From positions 2,256,297 through 2,320,296 of the forward strand of contig OZ241390.1 of assembly GCA_965200835.1 (NCBI GenBank): DNA of 64,000 nt. Direction: 5' to 3'. The notes under the pieces were generated by a model. The model saw only the letters and a list, made by a program, of their open reading frames with translations, did no database searches and had not been told where the DNA came from. Within the stretch, counting starts at the first letter, position 1. Each line of letters opens with the position of its first letter. The translations under genes were made by a program, and so were the position numbers. This stretch comes from Acidimicrobiia bacterium. GTDB taxonomy: Bacteria; Actinomycetota; Acidimicrobiia; Spongiisociales; Spongiisociaceae. Shown in pieces: positions 31,623-41,982 of this stretch.

Positions 31623-32912
31623 GTGAACTATCGCCAGGCCGTCGACTTTCTGGACCGCCACATCGAGCTCGGCTGGAAGCCGGGACTGGAGCGAATCGGT
31701 CGGCTCATGGAGATGATGGGGTCACCGGAGCTCTCCTATCCGATCGTTCACGTAGCGGGGACCAACGGCAAGACCACGGTCACCTACGCATGCGCCTCGA
31801 TCGTCGATGCTCTGGGTCTGAAGTCTGGTCGATACACCTCCCCGCACCTGCAGCGGGTGGAGGAACGATACGCGGTGGCCAACCACGAGGCCACTCCGGA
31901 ACAGTTCGCCCGGGCCGTGGCGGATGTAGCGCCGTTCGTCGACCTGCTCGAGCACGAGACGGGCGAGCGGGCCACCTACTTCGAGCTCACTACCGCTGCT
32001 TGCTTCACCCACTTCGCCAACGAATCGGTGGATGTGGGCGTGGTCGAGGTGGGTATGGGCGGGCGCCTCGACGCCACCAATGTGGTCCAGGGGGACGTGG
32101 CGGTGCTCACCGGTGTCTCCATAGACCATGCCGAGTACCTGGGCTCCACCTCTGCCGAGATCGCCGTCGAGAAGCTGGAGATCCTGGAGCGGGACGGGGT
32201 GCTGATCACCGGTGACCTGGCCGAGGAGGTGGAGATCGTAGCCAACCGCAAGTGTGCCCGGATGGGGGCGGCTCGCTACTCGCTGGGCCGTGACTTCCGG
32301 ATCGAGGATCTGCGGATGGCGGTGGGTGGTTGGGCCATGAGCCTGGATGGACTCCATGGTGACTACGACGACCTATACCTGCCCCTGCACGGTCGTCATC
32401 AGGCGGCCAATGTCGCGGTGGCCGTGGCGTCCGTCGAGGCGCTCCTGGGGCGCTCTCTCCCGGAGGACGTGGTCCGCCAGGCGCTGGCATCCTTGCGGGT
32501 GCCTGCCCGCATCGAGGTAGTGGCGCGCTCTCCTCTGGTGGTGATCGATGGCGCCCACAACCCAGAGTCCTGCCAGGCACTGGCGCGGACCCTGCAAGAG
32601 GAGCTCCCCGAGCTCGCCTGGACGCTGGTGATCGGAGCGTTCCGGGACAAGGACATCCTGGAGATGCTTCTCCCGTTTGCCGGCTTGGCAACCAGGGTGA
32701 TCGTCACCGCAGTGGATCACGAGCGGGCGACCGAACCGGCCGATCTGGTAGGGATCGTGGACCAGGTACTACCCGGACTTCCGGTAACATCGGTGGGTAC
32801 CGTTGCCGGCGCACTGGAGTTGGCGCGACAGTGGACCGGCCCGGCCGGTGCGATCGTGGTGGCCGGGTCGCTCTACGTTGCCGGTGAGGCGCGGACCTGT
32901 TACTTCCCCTGA
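31623..32912 (+). CDS. folC: folylpolyglutamate synthase / dihydrofolate synthase
   Basis: 'VHVAGTNGKTT' P-loop. Mur-ligase fold length. Confidence 0.85.
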   Translation: MNYRQAVDFLDRHIELGWKPGLERIGRLMEMMGSPELSYPIVHVAGTNGKTTVTYACASIVDALGLKSGRYTSPHLQRVEERYAVANHEATPEQFARAVADVAPFVDLLEHETGERATYFELTTAACFTHFANESVDVGVVEVGMGGRLDATNVVQGDVAVLTGVSIDHAEYLGSTSAEIAVEKLEILERDGVLITGDLAEEVEIVANRKCARMGAARYSLGRDFRIEDLRMAVGGWAMSLDGLHGDYDDLYLPLHGRHQAANVAVAVASVEALLGRSLPEDVVRQALASLRVPARIEVVARSPLVVIDGAHNPESCQALARTLQEELPELAWTLVIGAFRDKDILEMLLPFAGLATRVIVTAVDHERATEPADLVGIVDQVLPGLPVTSVGTVAGALELARQWTGPAGAIVVAGSLYVAGEARTCYFP

Positions 32913-32999
32913 GTCCGGGGTGATCCTCGGGCAAAGCACCGGGCGACGATGGGGAGGGCGATCCAGCCGGATCGCCGTTACAGGAAGGAAGTCCCGGAG

Positions 33000-33404
33000 A
33001 TGGCTCATCAGAGTACGTTCGTCATGATCAAGCCCGATGGTGTCCGGCGCCGGCTGGTGGGTGAGGTCATCAAGCGGCTGGAGTCCAAGGGTCTGTCCGC
33101 CGACCGGATCGAGCTCATCGTCCCTACTCGGGAGCTCGCCGCCCACCACTACGCGGAGCATGCCGAGAGGCCCTTCTATCCCGACCTCATCGAGTTCATA
33201 ACTTCCGGTCCGGTGATCGCCATGCAGTGGTCGGGGGAGTCGGCGGTGACCTCGGTCCGCGCGCTCATCGGCGCTACCGATCCGCAGGAAGCTCTGCCCG
33301 GAACCATCCGGGGCGACTTCGGCCTCGAGGTGCAGCACAACATCGTTCATGGCTCCGACAGCCCGCCGAGCGCCGCCCGGGAGCTCGGTATATGGTTCGG
33401 GTGA
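33000..33404 (+). CDS. ndk: nucleoside diphosphate kinase
   Basis: 'TFVMIKPDGVRRRLVGEVI..NIVHGSDS' with the active-site His. ATG at 33000. Confidence 0.9.
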   Translation: MAHQSTFVMIKPDGVRRRLVGEVIKRLESKGLSADRIELIVPTRELAAHHYAEHAERPFYPDLIEFITSGPVIAMQWSGESAVTSVRALIGATDPQEALPGTIRGDFGLEVQHNIVHGSDSPPSAARELGIWFG

Positions 33405-33488
33405 GGGTCCACGTAGGGCTGGGCCCTCGGATCGCCACAATGCGGCTCAGGCTATACTTCTGGCGCATAGCCGAACCAGGCTCTTCGA

Positions 33489-34523
33489 ATGGCTAACAGT
33501 TTATTTGCGATCGCAGGCCAGGACATGGCGGTGGATCTCGGTACTGCCAACACTCTCGTCTACCTGCGAAACCGGGGGGTGGTGCTGAACGAGCCATCCG
33601 TGGTGGCGATCAACACCCACACCAATGAAGCACTGGCAGTGGGCATGGATGCCAAGCGGATGATCGGCCGCACGCCCTCCTACGTGCAGGCCATCCGTCC
33701 GCTCCGAGACGGGGTGATCGCCGATTTCGACATAACCGAGCGGATGCTTCGCTACTTCATCGAAAGGGTGCATCGGCGGCGCTGGGCCAAGCCCAGGATC
33801 GTGATCTGCGTCCCTTCCGGTATCACGGGCGTCGAGCGCCGAGCGGTCGAGGAGGCCGCCTATCACGCAGGTGCGCGACGAGCGTTCACCATCGATGAGC
33901 CGATGGCGGCGGCCATCGGATGTTCGCTGCCGGTCAACGAGCCGATCGGCTCGATGGTGGTGGACATCGGGGGTGGTACCACCGAGGTGGCGGTGATCGC
34001 CCTGGGGGGCATCGTGGTGTCCAAGAGTGTCCGGGTTGGTGGTGACGAAATGGACGAGCGAATCGTCGAATGGGTGAAGAAGGAGCACAACCAGCTGCTC
34101 GGCCTGCGGACCGCCGAGCAGATCAAGATGACCATCGGCTCGGCCTATCCGTTCCAGGATGAGCCGAATGCCGAGGTGCGAGGCAGGGACCTCATGTCAG
34201 GACTGCCCAAGACCACTCTGATCACGGCGGCCGAGGTAAGGGCGGCGATCGAGGAGCCCGTGTCGGCGATCGTCGATGCCGTCCGGGTCACGCTGGACAG
34301 TACCCCCCCGGAGCTGGCCGCCGATCTGATGGAGACCGGCATCGTCATCACCGGGGGCGGCGCCCTGCTCAAGGCCCTCACTCACCGGATAGCTCACGAA
34401 ACCGGGATCCTGGTCAAGGTGGCCGAGCGACCCCTCCAGTCGGTGGTGATCGGGTCCGGTCAGTGCCTCGAGAACTATGAGGTGCTTCACACGGTTCTCG
34501 ACTCCTCCGGCCGCCGTTTCTGA
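33489..34523 (+). CDS. mreB: rod shape-determining actin homologue MreB
   Basis: 'DLGTANTLVY' and 'VVDIGGGTTEVAV' actin-fold phosphate motifs. Confidence 0.9.
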   Translation: MANSLFAIAGQDMAVDLGTANTLVYLRNRGVVLNEPSVVAINTHTNEALAVGMDAKRMIGRTPSYVQAIRPLRDGVIADFDITERMLRYFIERVHRRRWAKPRIVICVPSGITGVERRAVEEAAYHAGARRAFTIDEPMAAAIGCSLPVNEPIGSMVVDIGGGTTEVAVIALGGIVVSKSVRVGGDEMDERIVEWVKKEHNQLLGLRTAEQIKMTIGSAYPFQDEPNAEVRGRDLMSGLPKTTLITAAEVRAAIEEPVSAIVDAVRVTLDSTPPELAADLMETGIVITGGGALLKALTHRIAHETGILVKVAERPLQSVVIGSGQCLENYEVLHTVLDSSGRRF

Positions 34524-34778
34524 CGGCGTGACCGGCCGTAGCCCATGCGGCTACCGAACATCACGCGCCGTCGATCGTGATCGGAGGGCGGCCAGGTGCG
34601 CCGAGACGGTTCGGTGGACCAGCGGCAACTGTTCTCATGACTTTCATAGCGCACACCCGGCCGATCGACCCACGGCCGGGTGAGCTTCAGCGGCCCTCAT
34701 CGATCGGTGCCGTAGCGCCTGACCACCCGGTAGCAATCGCCCCTCCGGTGCCGGAGGACGAGTTGCTCGGCCGAGGCG

Positions 34779-35783
34779 GTGATCGTCATCACCCTTAGCG
34801 ATCGGCGGAGGTCCCGTGTCGACCCACCCAAGCGACCTCCGCTGAAGGAGGGATCGAGGGGCCGGGCCGATCGCTCGGCCTATGTCACCATCGGTTTGCT
34901 GGTCATTTCACTCCTGCTGATGACCTTCGATGTGCGATCCTCCGGCCAGGGATACGGTGCCACGCTCCGCAGCGCTACCCAGTACCTGACAAGCCCCATC
35001 CAGGGGGGCCTCAACGCGGTGGTAGCTCCGGTGATCGACGTAACCGACGGGATCGCCAGTCTGGCCGGTCTCCGCGCGGAGAACGAGCGGCTCAGAGCAA
35101 GGATTGCCGAGCTGGAGCTCGAGGTCATCAGGGTCCGGCACCTCGAAGAACGGGTCGACGAGCTGGATGTCCTCCTCGGGCTGCGCTTGGAGGAGGATCT
35201 GTACGAGCTGGCCGTGAACGCCGAGGTCACCGGGCGAGCCGGTACGCTGGATGCCGCTCTCATCATCGATCGCGGCACCGAGGACGGTGTTCACCCCGGC
35301 CAGCCAGCCGTGGACAGCCGCGGTGCTCTGCTGGGACTGGTTTCTACCGCCGGTGAGCAAACCGCCACCATCATTCCCATCACCTCGCGCCAGGCAGCAG
35401 GTGTGACGGTCCGGCTGTCCGATGATCGTCGGGGAATAGTGGAGGGCCATGGCACCGGACGCCTCCAACTCCTCGTTCTCGACACCGAGGATCCGGTCCA
35501 AGAGGGTGAGCTACTGATTACCTTCGGACCGTTCGGTCAGGCTGACTCCTATCCCAAGGGTCTGGAGGTCGGAACGGTGACCAGAACGGCCGTCCCCCAA
35601 GCGGGATCGGTACGAGTGGAGGTCGATCCGGTCGGAGATCTCGAGGCGGTGGAGTTCGTGGCGGTGATCCCATGGGAGTTCACGCCCGAGCAGGCCGCGG
35701 ATGGGGTTACCGATACCACCGCGCCGGAGGACACGGTCCCAGCGAATGGCAGTGGTGATCCGTCATCGGGGGTCGGCACGTGA
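34779..35783 (+). CDS. mreC: rod shape-determining protein MreC
   Basis: N-terminal TM helix, coiled coil 'ENERLRARIAELELE' and a beta-rich C-terminus. The start is uncertain. Confidence 0.8.
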   Translation: MIVITLSDRRRSRVDPPKRPPLKEGSRGRADRSAYVTIGLLVISLLLMTFDVRSSGQGYGATLRSATQYLTSPIQGGLNAVVAPVIDVTDGIASLAGLRAENERLRARIAELELEVIRVRHLEERVDELDVLLGLRLEEDLYELAVNAEVTGRAGTLDAALIIDRGTEDGVHPGQPAVDSRGALLGLVSTAGEQTATIIPITSRQAAGVTVRLSDDRRGIVEGHGTGRLQLLVLDTEDPVQEGELLITFGPFGQADSYPKGLEVGTVTRTAVPQAGSVRVEVDPVGDLEAVEFVAVIPWEFTPEQAADGVTDTTAPEDTVPANGSGDPSSGVGT

Positions 35784-36358
35784 GCAGCCGGCGAGCAATG
35801 ATTTCTCTGAGCCTGCTGGTGGTAGCGGTACTGGTGCAGACCACCGTGTTCCACCTATGGCGCCCGTTCGGGGAGGTGCCCGAGTTGGTGCTGCTCATGG
35901 TTATCGTTTGTGCCAGATGGTTCCAGCCGGAGTCAGCAGTTCTGCTGGGCTTTACCGGAGGATTGATGGTCGATCTATTCGGGACCACACCCTTCGGTCT
36001 CCATGCCCTCGCCTATACGCTCGTGGCCTACGCTACGGTGAGGATAAGTGATAGATTCGACTACGGGCTTCACATCACAGTTCCTGCGGTTGGTGTGATC
36101 ACCTTTGTCGGGCTCAGCACCATCGCCCTGGTTGGCACTTTGTTCGGCGAGAGAACCCTCGGTTCCACGGGGATAGCACGAACCTTGATCCTGGTGCCGT
36201 TCTACAACATGCTGCTGGGCATAGTGGCACTTCCTTTGACCAACGGATTGTTCAGATCGTCGAGGCACCATGACCGTTACGGCACGCCAGCTACCAAGGG
36301 GCTGCCTCGGCCACGTCGGACTACTTCACGTGCTCCCAGGGGGTGGGGTAGGAGATGA
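35780..36358 (+). CDS. mreD: rod shape-determining protein MreD
   Basis: Polytopic ~190-aa membrane protein directly between mreC and the PBP2 gene. Confidence 0.7.
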   Translation: MSSRRAMISLSLLVVAVLVQTTVFHLWRPFGEVPELVLLMVIVCARWFQPESAVLLGFTGGLMVDLFGTTPFGLHALAYTLVAYATVRISDRFDYGLHITVPAVGVITFVGLSTIALVGTLFGERTLGSTGIARTLILVPFYNMLLGIVALPLTNGLFRSSRHHDRYGTPATKGLPRPRRTTSRAPRGWGRR

Positions 36359-38364
36359 GGTACAAGTGGCGGCTGAGCATGCTGGCACTGGTCTTCACCG
36401 CGGCTTTCTCGATACTCTTTATCAGGCTCTGGGCCGTACAGGTGGCACAGGGCGAGGAGTACGTTCTCAAAGCCGAACAGAATCAAGTGACATGGGTGAA
36501 GGTTCCTGCCCCGAGGGGGGAGATAGTGGACCGGAACGGTATCCCGCTGGCCACTTCCCGATCCCAGCTGGTGATAGAGATAGACTACGCGGGGCTCGCT
36601 CCGGATGTTCAGGAGGACGTGGTCCAGCGGCTGGCCGCCATCCTGGATGTCCCGCCCACCGACCTGAGAAGACAGGTCGAAAGCGCATATCTAAGAGAGG
36701 AGATCGAGGTAAGGGACGGTCTATATCTGGTAGTGCTCAGAGATCGTAGACGGCCAGACGCCGTAGCTGCGTTGACTCATCCAGACTTTCCCATCGATGC
36801 CGACACCGCGTATGTAGTGATGGAGCAGCGTGCCACCCTCCCAGGAGTGACGGTGAGAGCCCGGCCAGTACGTGGGTACCATCGGGGGTCTTTGATGGGC
36901 CATGTAATCGGTTACATAGGTCTACCCGGCGATAAGGATCTGGAAGAACGGCCAGCTCTCGATAGCCGCAACCCTATCGGGAAGTCGGGAGTGGAGGAAG
37001 AGTACGACGAGTTCCTTCAGGGCACGCCGGGCCAGATCGTCTACCAGATCACCCCTCAGGGCGAGATCCGTGGAGAGATCGGCTCGGATGATCCTGTTCA
37101 GGGAGCCACAGTGAGGTTGACCCTGGATATTCCAACCCAGGAAGTAGTGGAGCAGGTTCTGGTGGAGGCCATCGACCTCTCCAATGCTATCAAGGATGAA
37201 GCGTACGCTGAGCTCGATAGTCAGCCTCTGCCGACCGAGCGGGCTACAGCCGTTATCATGGAGATCGAGACTGGGGCTGTTCTCGCTATGGCCTCCTATC
37301 CAACCTATGTTCCGCAGTCGTTCGTCGGGGGGATGAGCGATGATACCTTCGAGGAACTGATCGCCAGCCAGGCTTTCAACAATCTGTCGATCCAGGCTCA
37401 AAAACCTCCGGCATCTACCTTCAAGGCGATCACCTATATCACCTCTCTCGAGGAGGGGATCTTTCCTAAGGAGGCTTCGTCGGCAGAGGAACTCATCGTG
37501 TGCTCAGCCCAACTCGACTACAGCTTCGTGGATAGATCCAAGCTGGTGTGGCGTAATTGGACCTATCCCGAAGCAGATGGACACCAAAACCTCCACGGCG
37601 CGCTCCGCCGGTCGTGCAACATCTATTTCTGGGAGATCGCCCTCTCCATCTGGGATGCATACAAGGAGACCGATCGGGAAGGAATCGTTCAGCAGTGGGC
37701 CCGGGATCTGGGCATGGGACGGCGTACCCAGGTCGACATTCCCTACGAGCGAGAAGGTCTGGTGGGGGACCGCCAGCTGTTCGAGGAGTGGCAGGAAAGC
37801 CAGCCGTGGAGAGTACGTGAAGAGGGTTGGTTGGGCGGCGATCTCATGAACCTCGTAGTTGGCCAGGGACCGATTCTGGCCACTCCGCTGCAGATGGCGG
37901 TGGCTTATGCGGCCATTCTCAACGGCGGGACCGTGTACCAGCCGCGAGTGGCCGACCGGATCGAGTCCTCGGGTGGGGAGCTGCTCAGGACGATGCCTCC
38001 GCGGGTCCTGCGCACGGTCGACATCGACCCGGAAACGGTCGAATCCCTTAGGGTCGATCTGGCGGGGGTCGTGACGGAGGGCACTGCCCGCCAGGCCTTC
38101 GACGACTCGGGGATCGAGACCGGGGTGGGCGGCAAGACCGGCACGGCTCAAGCCATCACGGAACCGGATGGGACATTTCATGACTCCACCGCCTGGTTCA
38201 TCGGTGTGGCTCCCATAACCAGCCCCCGCTGGGTAGTTGCGGTGATGGTGGATGAGGGCGGATCCGGTGGCGCGGTAGCGGCCCCGGCGGCGCGCGCCAT
38301 GATGCAGTTCTTGATGGGGGAGCCGGTCACGCCGCTGGTGGCCGGGGCGGATACCGAGAGGTAA
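36355..38364 (+). CDS. mrdA: penicillin-binding protein 2 (elongasome transpeptidase)
   Basis: N-terminal TM helix, PBP dimerisation domain, 'STFK' active-site motif ('ASTFKAITY') and 'KTGTA' ('GKTGTAQ'). Confidence 0.9.
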   Translation: MRYKWRLSMLALVFTAAFSILFIRLWAVQVAQGEEYVLKAEQNQVTWVKVPAPRGEIVDRNGIPLATSRSQLVIEIDYAGLAPDVQEDVVQRLAAILDVPPTDLRRQVESAYLREEIEVRDGLYLVVLRDRRRPDAVAALTHPDFPIDADTAYVVMEQRATLPGVTVRARPVRGYHRGSLMGHVIGYIGLPGDKDLEERPALDSRNPIGKSGVEEEYDEFLQGTPGQIVYQITPQGEIRGEIGSDDPVQGATVRLTLDIPTQEVVEQVLVEAIDLSNAIKDEAYAELDSQPLPTERATAVIMEIETGAVLAMASYPTYVPQSFVGGMSDDTFEELIASQAFNNLSIQAQKPPASTFKAITYITSLEEGIFPKEASSAEELIVCSAQLDYSFVDRSKLVWRNWTYPEADGHQNLHGALRRSCNIYFWEIALSIWDAYKETDREGIVQQWARDLGMGRRTQVDIPYEREGLVGDRQLFEEWQESQPWRVREEGWLGGDLMNLVVGQGPILATPLQMAVAYAAILNGGTVYQPRVADRIESSGGELLRTMPPRVLRTVDIDPETVESLRVDLAGVVTEGTARQAFDDSGIETGVGGKTGTAQAITEPDGTFHDSTAWFIGVAPITSPRWVVAVMVDEGGSGGAVAAPAARAMMQFLMGEPVTPLVAGADTER

Positions 38365-38395
38365 GGGCAGGCAAGGTGGTACAGCGCGTCGAGGG

Positions 38396-39607
38396 TTGGA
38401 TACTCCCGTGGTAGTGGTAGGTAGGAGGATTCGAGGTATCGCCAGGGAAGGAGTCGGGGGACTCTTCAAGGACCGGGTGAAGCCGACCCCCGACCTGATC
38501 ATGTTTCTGATGATGAGCTGCCTGATGGCGCTCGGCGCCTTGATGGTCTACTCCGCCACCCACGTGCGGCTGGAAGCTGACACCGGGGATCCTTCGTCGG
38601 CGATGAGGCGGCAACTGGTGTTCGCAGGAGTGGCGGTGGGGGTGTTCGTGGTCGGTTCGCTGATCGACTACCGGCAATATCGCAGGCTCCTGGCCCCGAT
38701 CTATCTGACGAGCCTTGCTCTGCTCGGCGGGGTGCTGTTCGCCGATCGTCGCCAGGGCGCCTCCCGCTGGATACCGGTAGGCGACTTCCAGTTCCAACCC
38801 TCGGAGTTCGCAAAGGTGAGCCTGATCATCGTGCTGGCTGGATTGCTGGTCCGCAAAGCGCAGCCGAGACTCGAGTGGAGCCGCCTCGCCCTGGTCCTGG
38901 CAGCCGTAGCCGTGCCCTGTTTCCTGGTGTTCCTGCAACCGGATCTAGGGACGATGCTGGTAATTGGTGCCATCCTGGTCGGAATACTGTTCGTCGCCGG
39001 AACCAGCTTGAGGCAGATCCTGGTCCTCCTGGCAGGTGGTGCAGCCGGTGTGTGGATCGTCTTGCAGCGGGAGCTCCTGGCGGAATACCAGCTGGAACGT
39101 CTCAGGGGTTTCACGAACCAGAGTCGCGATCTGTTGGGAAGCAACTACAACCTCGACCAGTCCCTGATCGCGATCGGCGCGGGCCAGATCCAGGGTCAAG
39201 GACTCTTCAACGGCAACCAGACCAGCCTCAACTTCGTACCTTCCCAGACCACGGACTTCATCTTCACCGCGGTGGGCGAGCAGTTCGGATTCATCGGTGG
39301 GGCCGCGGTCCTGATCGTGTATTCGGTTCTGGTCTCGCGCATCCTGATGGTGGCCGCCGGTGCGCCCGACCGGTTCGGCACGCTCATAGCAGTAGGTATG
39401 GCATCCATGCTCTCGTTCCACGTTTTCATCAACATCGGGATGACCATCGGGATCGTGCCGGTGACCGGACTGCCGCTGCCGTTCATGAGCGCCGGTGGCT
39501 CGGCTATGATCGCCATGGCGGGCGGTCTGGGAGTCGTGAACTCCATATGGCGTTCCCGGACTCCCCTCGGCGAACACCTCCGGGAACGGGAGCGGTCACC
39601 GGGTTGA
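38396..39607 (+). CDS. rodA: SEDS-family peptidoglycan polymerase RodA
   Basis: FtsW/RodA/SpoVE family ten-TM protein, 'LQPDLGT' and 'TDFIF' motifs. Confidence 0.85.
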   Translation: MDTPVVVVGRRIRGIAREGVGGLFKDRVKPTPDLIMFLMMSCLMALGALMVYSATHVRLEADTGDPSSAMRRQLVFAGVAVGVFVVGSLIDYRQYRRLLAPIYLTSLALLGGVLFADRRQGASRWIPVGDFQFQPSEFAKVSLIIVLAGLLVRKAQPRLEWSRLALVLAAVAVPCFLVFLQPDLGTMLVIGAILVGILFVAGTSLRQILVLLAGGAAGVWIVLQRELLAEYQLERLRGFTNQSRDLLGSNYNLDQSLIAIGAGQIQGQGLFNGNQTSLNFVPSQTTDFIFTAVGEQFGFIGGAAVLIVYSVLVSRILMVAAGAPDRFGTLIAVGMASMLSFHVFINIGMTIGIVPVTGLPLPFMSAGGSAMIAMAGGLGVVNSIWRSRTPLGEHLRERERSPG

Positions 39608-40010
39608 CCTCGTAGACGGACCACCTCGTGCAATCGGGCCGGTTCCTCCCTGACCACACCGAAAGCACATTTGTTGCTTCCAAGATCTGCTAAGCTCACA
39701 GAGCCGCTTGCGTGGCGACTTAGAGCCCGGCCCCATGAACCGTTCCATCCTCGGAGGCACTCCGACCCATCGGCGATGGTTGCCGGCTCCACGAAGAAAC
39801 TGCGAACGCGAGGACCTGTGAGCACTCCGACCGGACAGGAGTCCGGATCAGCAGACACAAATAGGGAAGACCGCGCCTGGGCTTGGCGAATTCCAGCCCG
39901 GCAGCCGGAGCTCTGCATTGGGTCGACCTCCCGATTCGTCACTTCGACACGTACCGAACCTATGGGTACGGCCCGAGCGGCCACCACCTGCACCCAAGGA
40001 GTTATCACCG

Positions 40011-41531
40011 ATGTTTCTGTTTCGGCGCAAGGAAGCCGAAGTACTACGCCGCGGAGTCGGCGACCAATCCACCGAAGAACGAGCTACCCGCAGGATCGGG
40101 CGCCAGACCGTAAAGGTCCGGCGGGTACCCGAGCCCGCTCCTAAGACTTCGGCACCGGCTAAGCGCCGGAAGAAGAAGGCACCCGAGCGACCGAGGCGTA
40201 AGAAGGCTGCGCCCACTCGTGCGAGCGAGGCCAAAGTCGTCCCGCTCCCGCTCGCCGGACGGAAGCAGATGCTGGTCAGGGTGTTGCCCCACCAGACCCA
40301 GATGGTGGTGCTCGAAGGTCCGCTACTCGTCGAGCACTATGTCCACCAATCCGATCGAGAGACGCTGGTGGGGAACATATACGTCGGCAAGGTACGCAAC
40401 GTGCTGCCGGGGCTGGAGGCGGCCTTCGTGGATATCGGAACCGAGAAGAACGGGGTCGTATACGCAGGTGACCTCAACTCGGGTCGGCGTACCCACGGCA
40501 GTGGGCCGCGGATCGAACAACTCCTCAAGCCCGGCCAGCAGCTGGTGGTGGAGGTCGACAAGGATCCGATGGGCGGAAAGGGCCCTCGCCTCACCAGCCA
40601 GGTGACCCTTTCTGGCCGTCACCTGGTCCTGTCCCCATCCGGCAACATGATGGGTATCTCACGGCGCTTGCCACAGGCCGAGCGAGCACGACTGCGCGAG
40701 ATCATCGGAGAAGTCAAGCCGGCAGGCTTCGGGGCCATAATACGGACTGCCGCGGCCGGTGCCACCAAGGCAGACATCGCGGCCGAGATCGAGCACCTGG
40801 TCGACAAATGGAGAGGGATCGAGAAGGACAGCAAGGGCGGGTCGGCGCCCCGGGTGCTCCATCAGGAGCCCAGCCTGCTCATCCGGGTGATCCGGGAACA
40901 TTTCACCGAGGAGTTCCGGCGCCTGATAATCGACGACCGGGAGTCGTATGAGGCACTGGTGAGCTATCTCGAACAGGTTGCGCCCAAGCTGGTGTCACGC
41001 GTGCACCTGAGCACGGAAGCCGATCAGGCGCTATTCGAACGGTTCCACGTGGATAGCCAGCTCCGCCGGGCGATGGGCCGGAAGGTGTGGTTGCCGTCCG
41101 GTGGGCATGTGGTGATCGACCGTACCGAGGCTCTTACTGTGATCGATGTCAATACCGGCAAGTTCGTCGGCAAAGCCAACCTCGAGGATACCGTCGTGCA
41201 GAACAACCTCGAGGCCGCTGAGGAGATAGCCCGTCAGCTGCGACTCCGGGACATCGGCGGGATCATCGTGATCGACTTCATCGACATGGAGACCCGGAGG
41301 CATCGTGTGCAGGTGCTGGAAAGGTTGCGCAGCGCGCTGGCGCGTGACAAGACCACCACTCAGGTGCATGCTGTCTCCAGCTTGGGCCTAGTGGAGATGA
41401 CCCGCAAGAACGTGTCGAGCGGCCTGGTGGAAGCCTTCTCGGACTCGTGCCCGACCTGCAACGGGCGAGGACTGGTGCTGCACGAAAAGGCCGCAACCGC
41501 GGGGACGCCCATTAGTCGAGTCGGCAGCTAG
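40011..41531 (+). CDS. ribonuclease E/G family endoribonuclease (RNase G-sized) with a basic N-terminal extension
   Basis: S1 domain 'GNIYVGKVRNVLPGLEAAFVDIG', DNase-I-like 'IVIDFIDM' and a Zn-link 'CPTCNGRG'. ATG at 40011 is preceded by AAGGAG. The longer ORF beginning at 39918 was rejected. Confidence 0.85.
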   Translation: MFLFRRKEAEVLRRGVGDQSTEERATRRIGRQTVKVRRVPEPAPKTSAPAKRRKKKAPERPRRKKAAPTRASEAKVVPLPLAGRKQMLVRVLPHQTQMVVLEGPLLVEHYVHQSDRETLVGNIYVGKVRNVLPGLEAAFVDIGTEKNGVVYAGDLNSGRRTHGSGPRIEQLLKPGQQLVVEVDKDPMGGKGPRLTSQVTLSGRHLVLSPSGNMMGISRRLPQAERARLREIIGEVKPAGFGAIIRTAAAGATKADIAAEIEHLVDKWRGIEKDSKGGSAPRVLHQEPSLLIRVIREHFTEEFRRLIIDDRESYEALVSYLEQVAPKLVSRVHLSTEADQALFERFHVDSQLRRAMGRKVWLPSGGHVVIDRTEALTVIDVNTGKFVGKANLEDTVVQNNLEAAEEIARQLRLRDIGGIIVIDFIDMETRRHRVQVLERLRSALARDKTTTQVHAVSSLGLVEMTRKNVSSGLVEAFSDSCPTCNGRGLVLHEKAATAGTPISRVGS

Positions 41532-41652
41532 CCTACTCGCTTTGGATCATCCTCGTGCTTTGGCTATTTTGCCCGATGACCGGTAGGCGGTCATGGCAGC
41601 ACCGGCTTACTCTCTGAGAATCTCCCCCAGGCGAAAGGGTTTGGACCGGGAC

Positions 41653-41982
41653 ATGTACGCAATCATCCGCTCCGGCGGCAAACAGGCTAGGGTCGCAGCG
41701 GGCGACATTCTCGATGTGGAGTTGCTCCAGGATGCGGCCGGTAGCCAGGTGACCTTCACTCCCTTGCTCGTGGTCGATGATCGCGGTACCGCGGTTTCCG
41801 CCAAACAAGATCTCGATCGGCTATCGGTCACAGCCCGGGTGGTGGGGCAGGTCAAGGGCCGTAAGGTCGACATCTTCAAATACAAGAACAAGTCCGGTTA
41901 CCGTCGCAGGCAGGGACACCGGCAGCGTTATACCCGGCTCGAGATCCTCGAGATCGGAGCCGCTCACTCCCGGGAGGTCTAG
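41653..41982 (+). CDS. rplU: 50S ribosomal protein L21
   Basis: 'MYAIIRSGGKQARVAAGDIL'. Confidence 0.9.
   Translation: MYAIIRSGGKQARVAAGDILDVELLQDAAGSQVTFTPLLVVDDRGTAVSAKQDLDRLSVTARVVGQVKGRKVDIFKYKNKSGYRRRQGHRQRYTRLEILEIGAAHSREV

Noticed and set aside
34524-34778. 250-nt gap between mreB and mreC with an 8-bp GC hairpin (CCCGGCCG..CGGCCGGG, about 34658-34685), considered as a regulatory element
   Set aside because: Probably a simple attenuator or terminator-like hairpin. The mreC start is uncertain and may lie further upstream, shrinking the gap. Too little evidence for a feature call.
39918-40010. Upstream extension of the RNase E/G ORF
   Set aside because: The ATG at 40011 has a strong AAGGAG Shine-Dalgarno. 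The upstream 31 codons are Pro/Arg-rich, low-complexity and overlap the structured leader.
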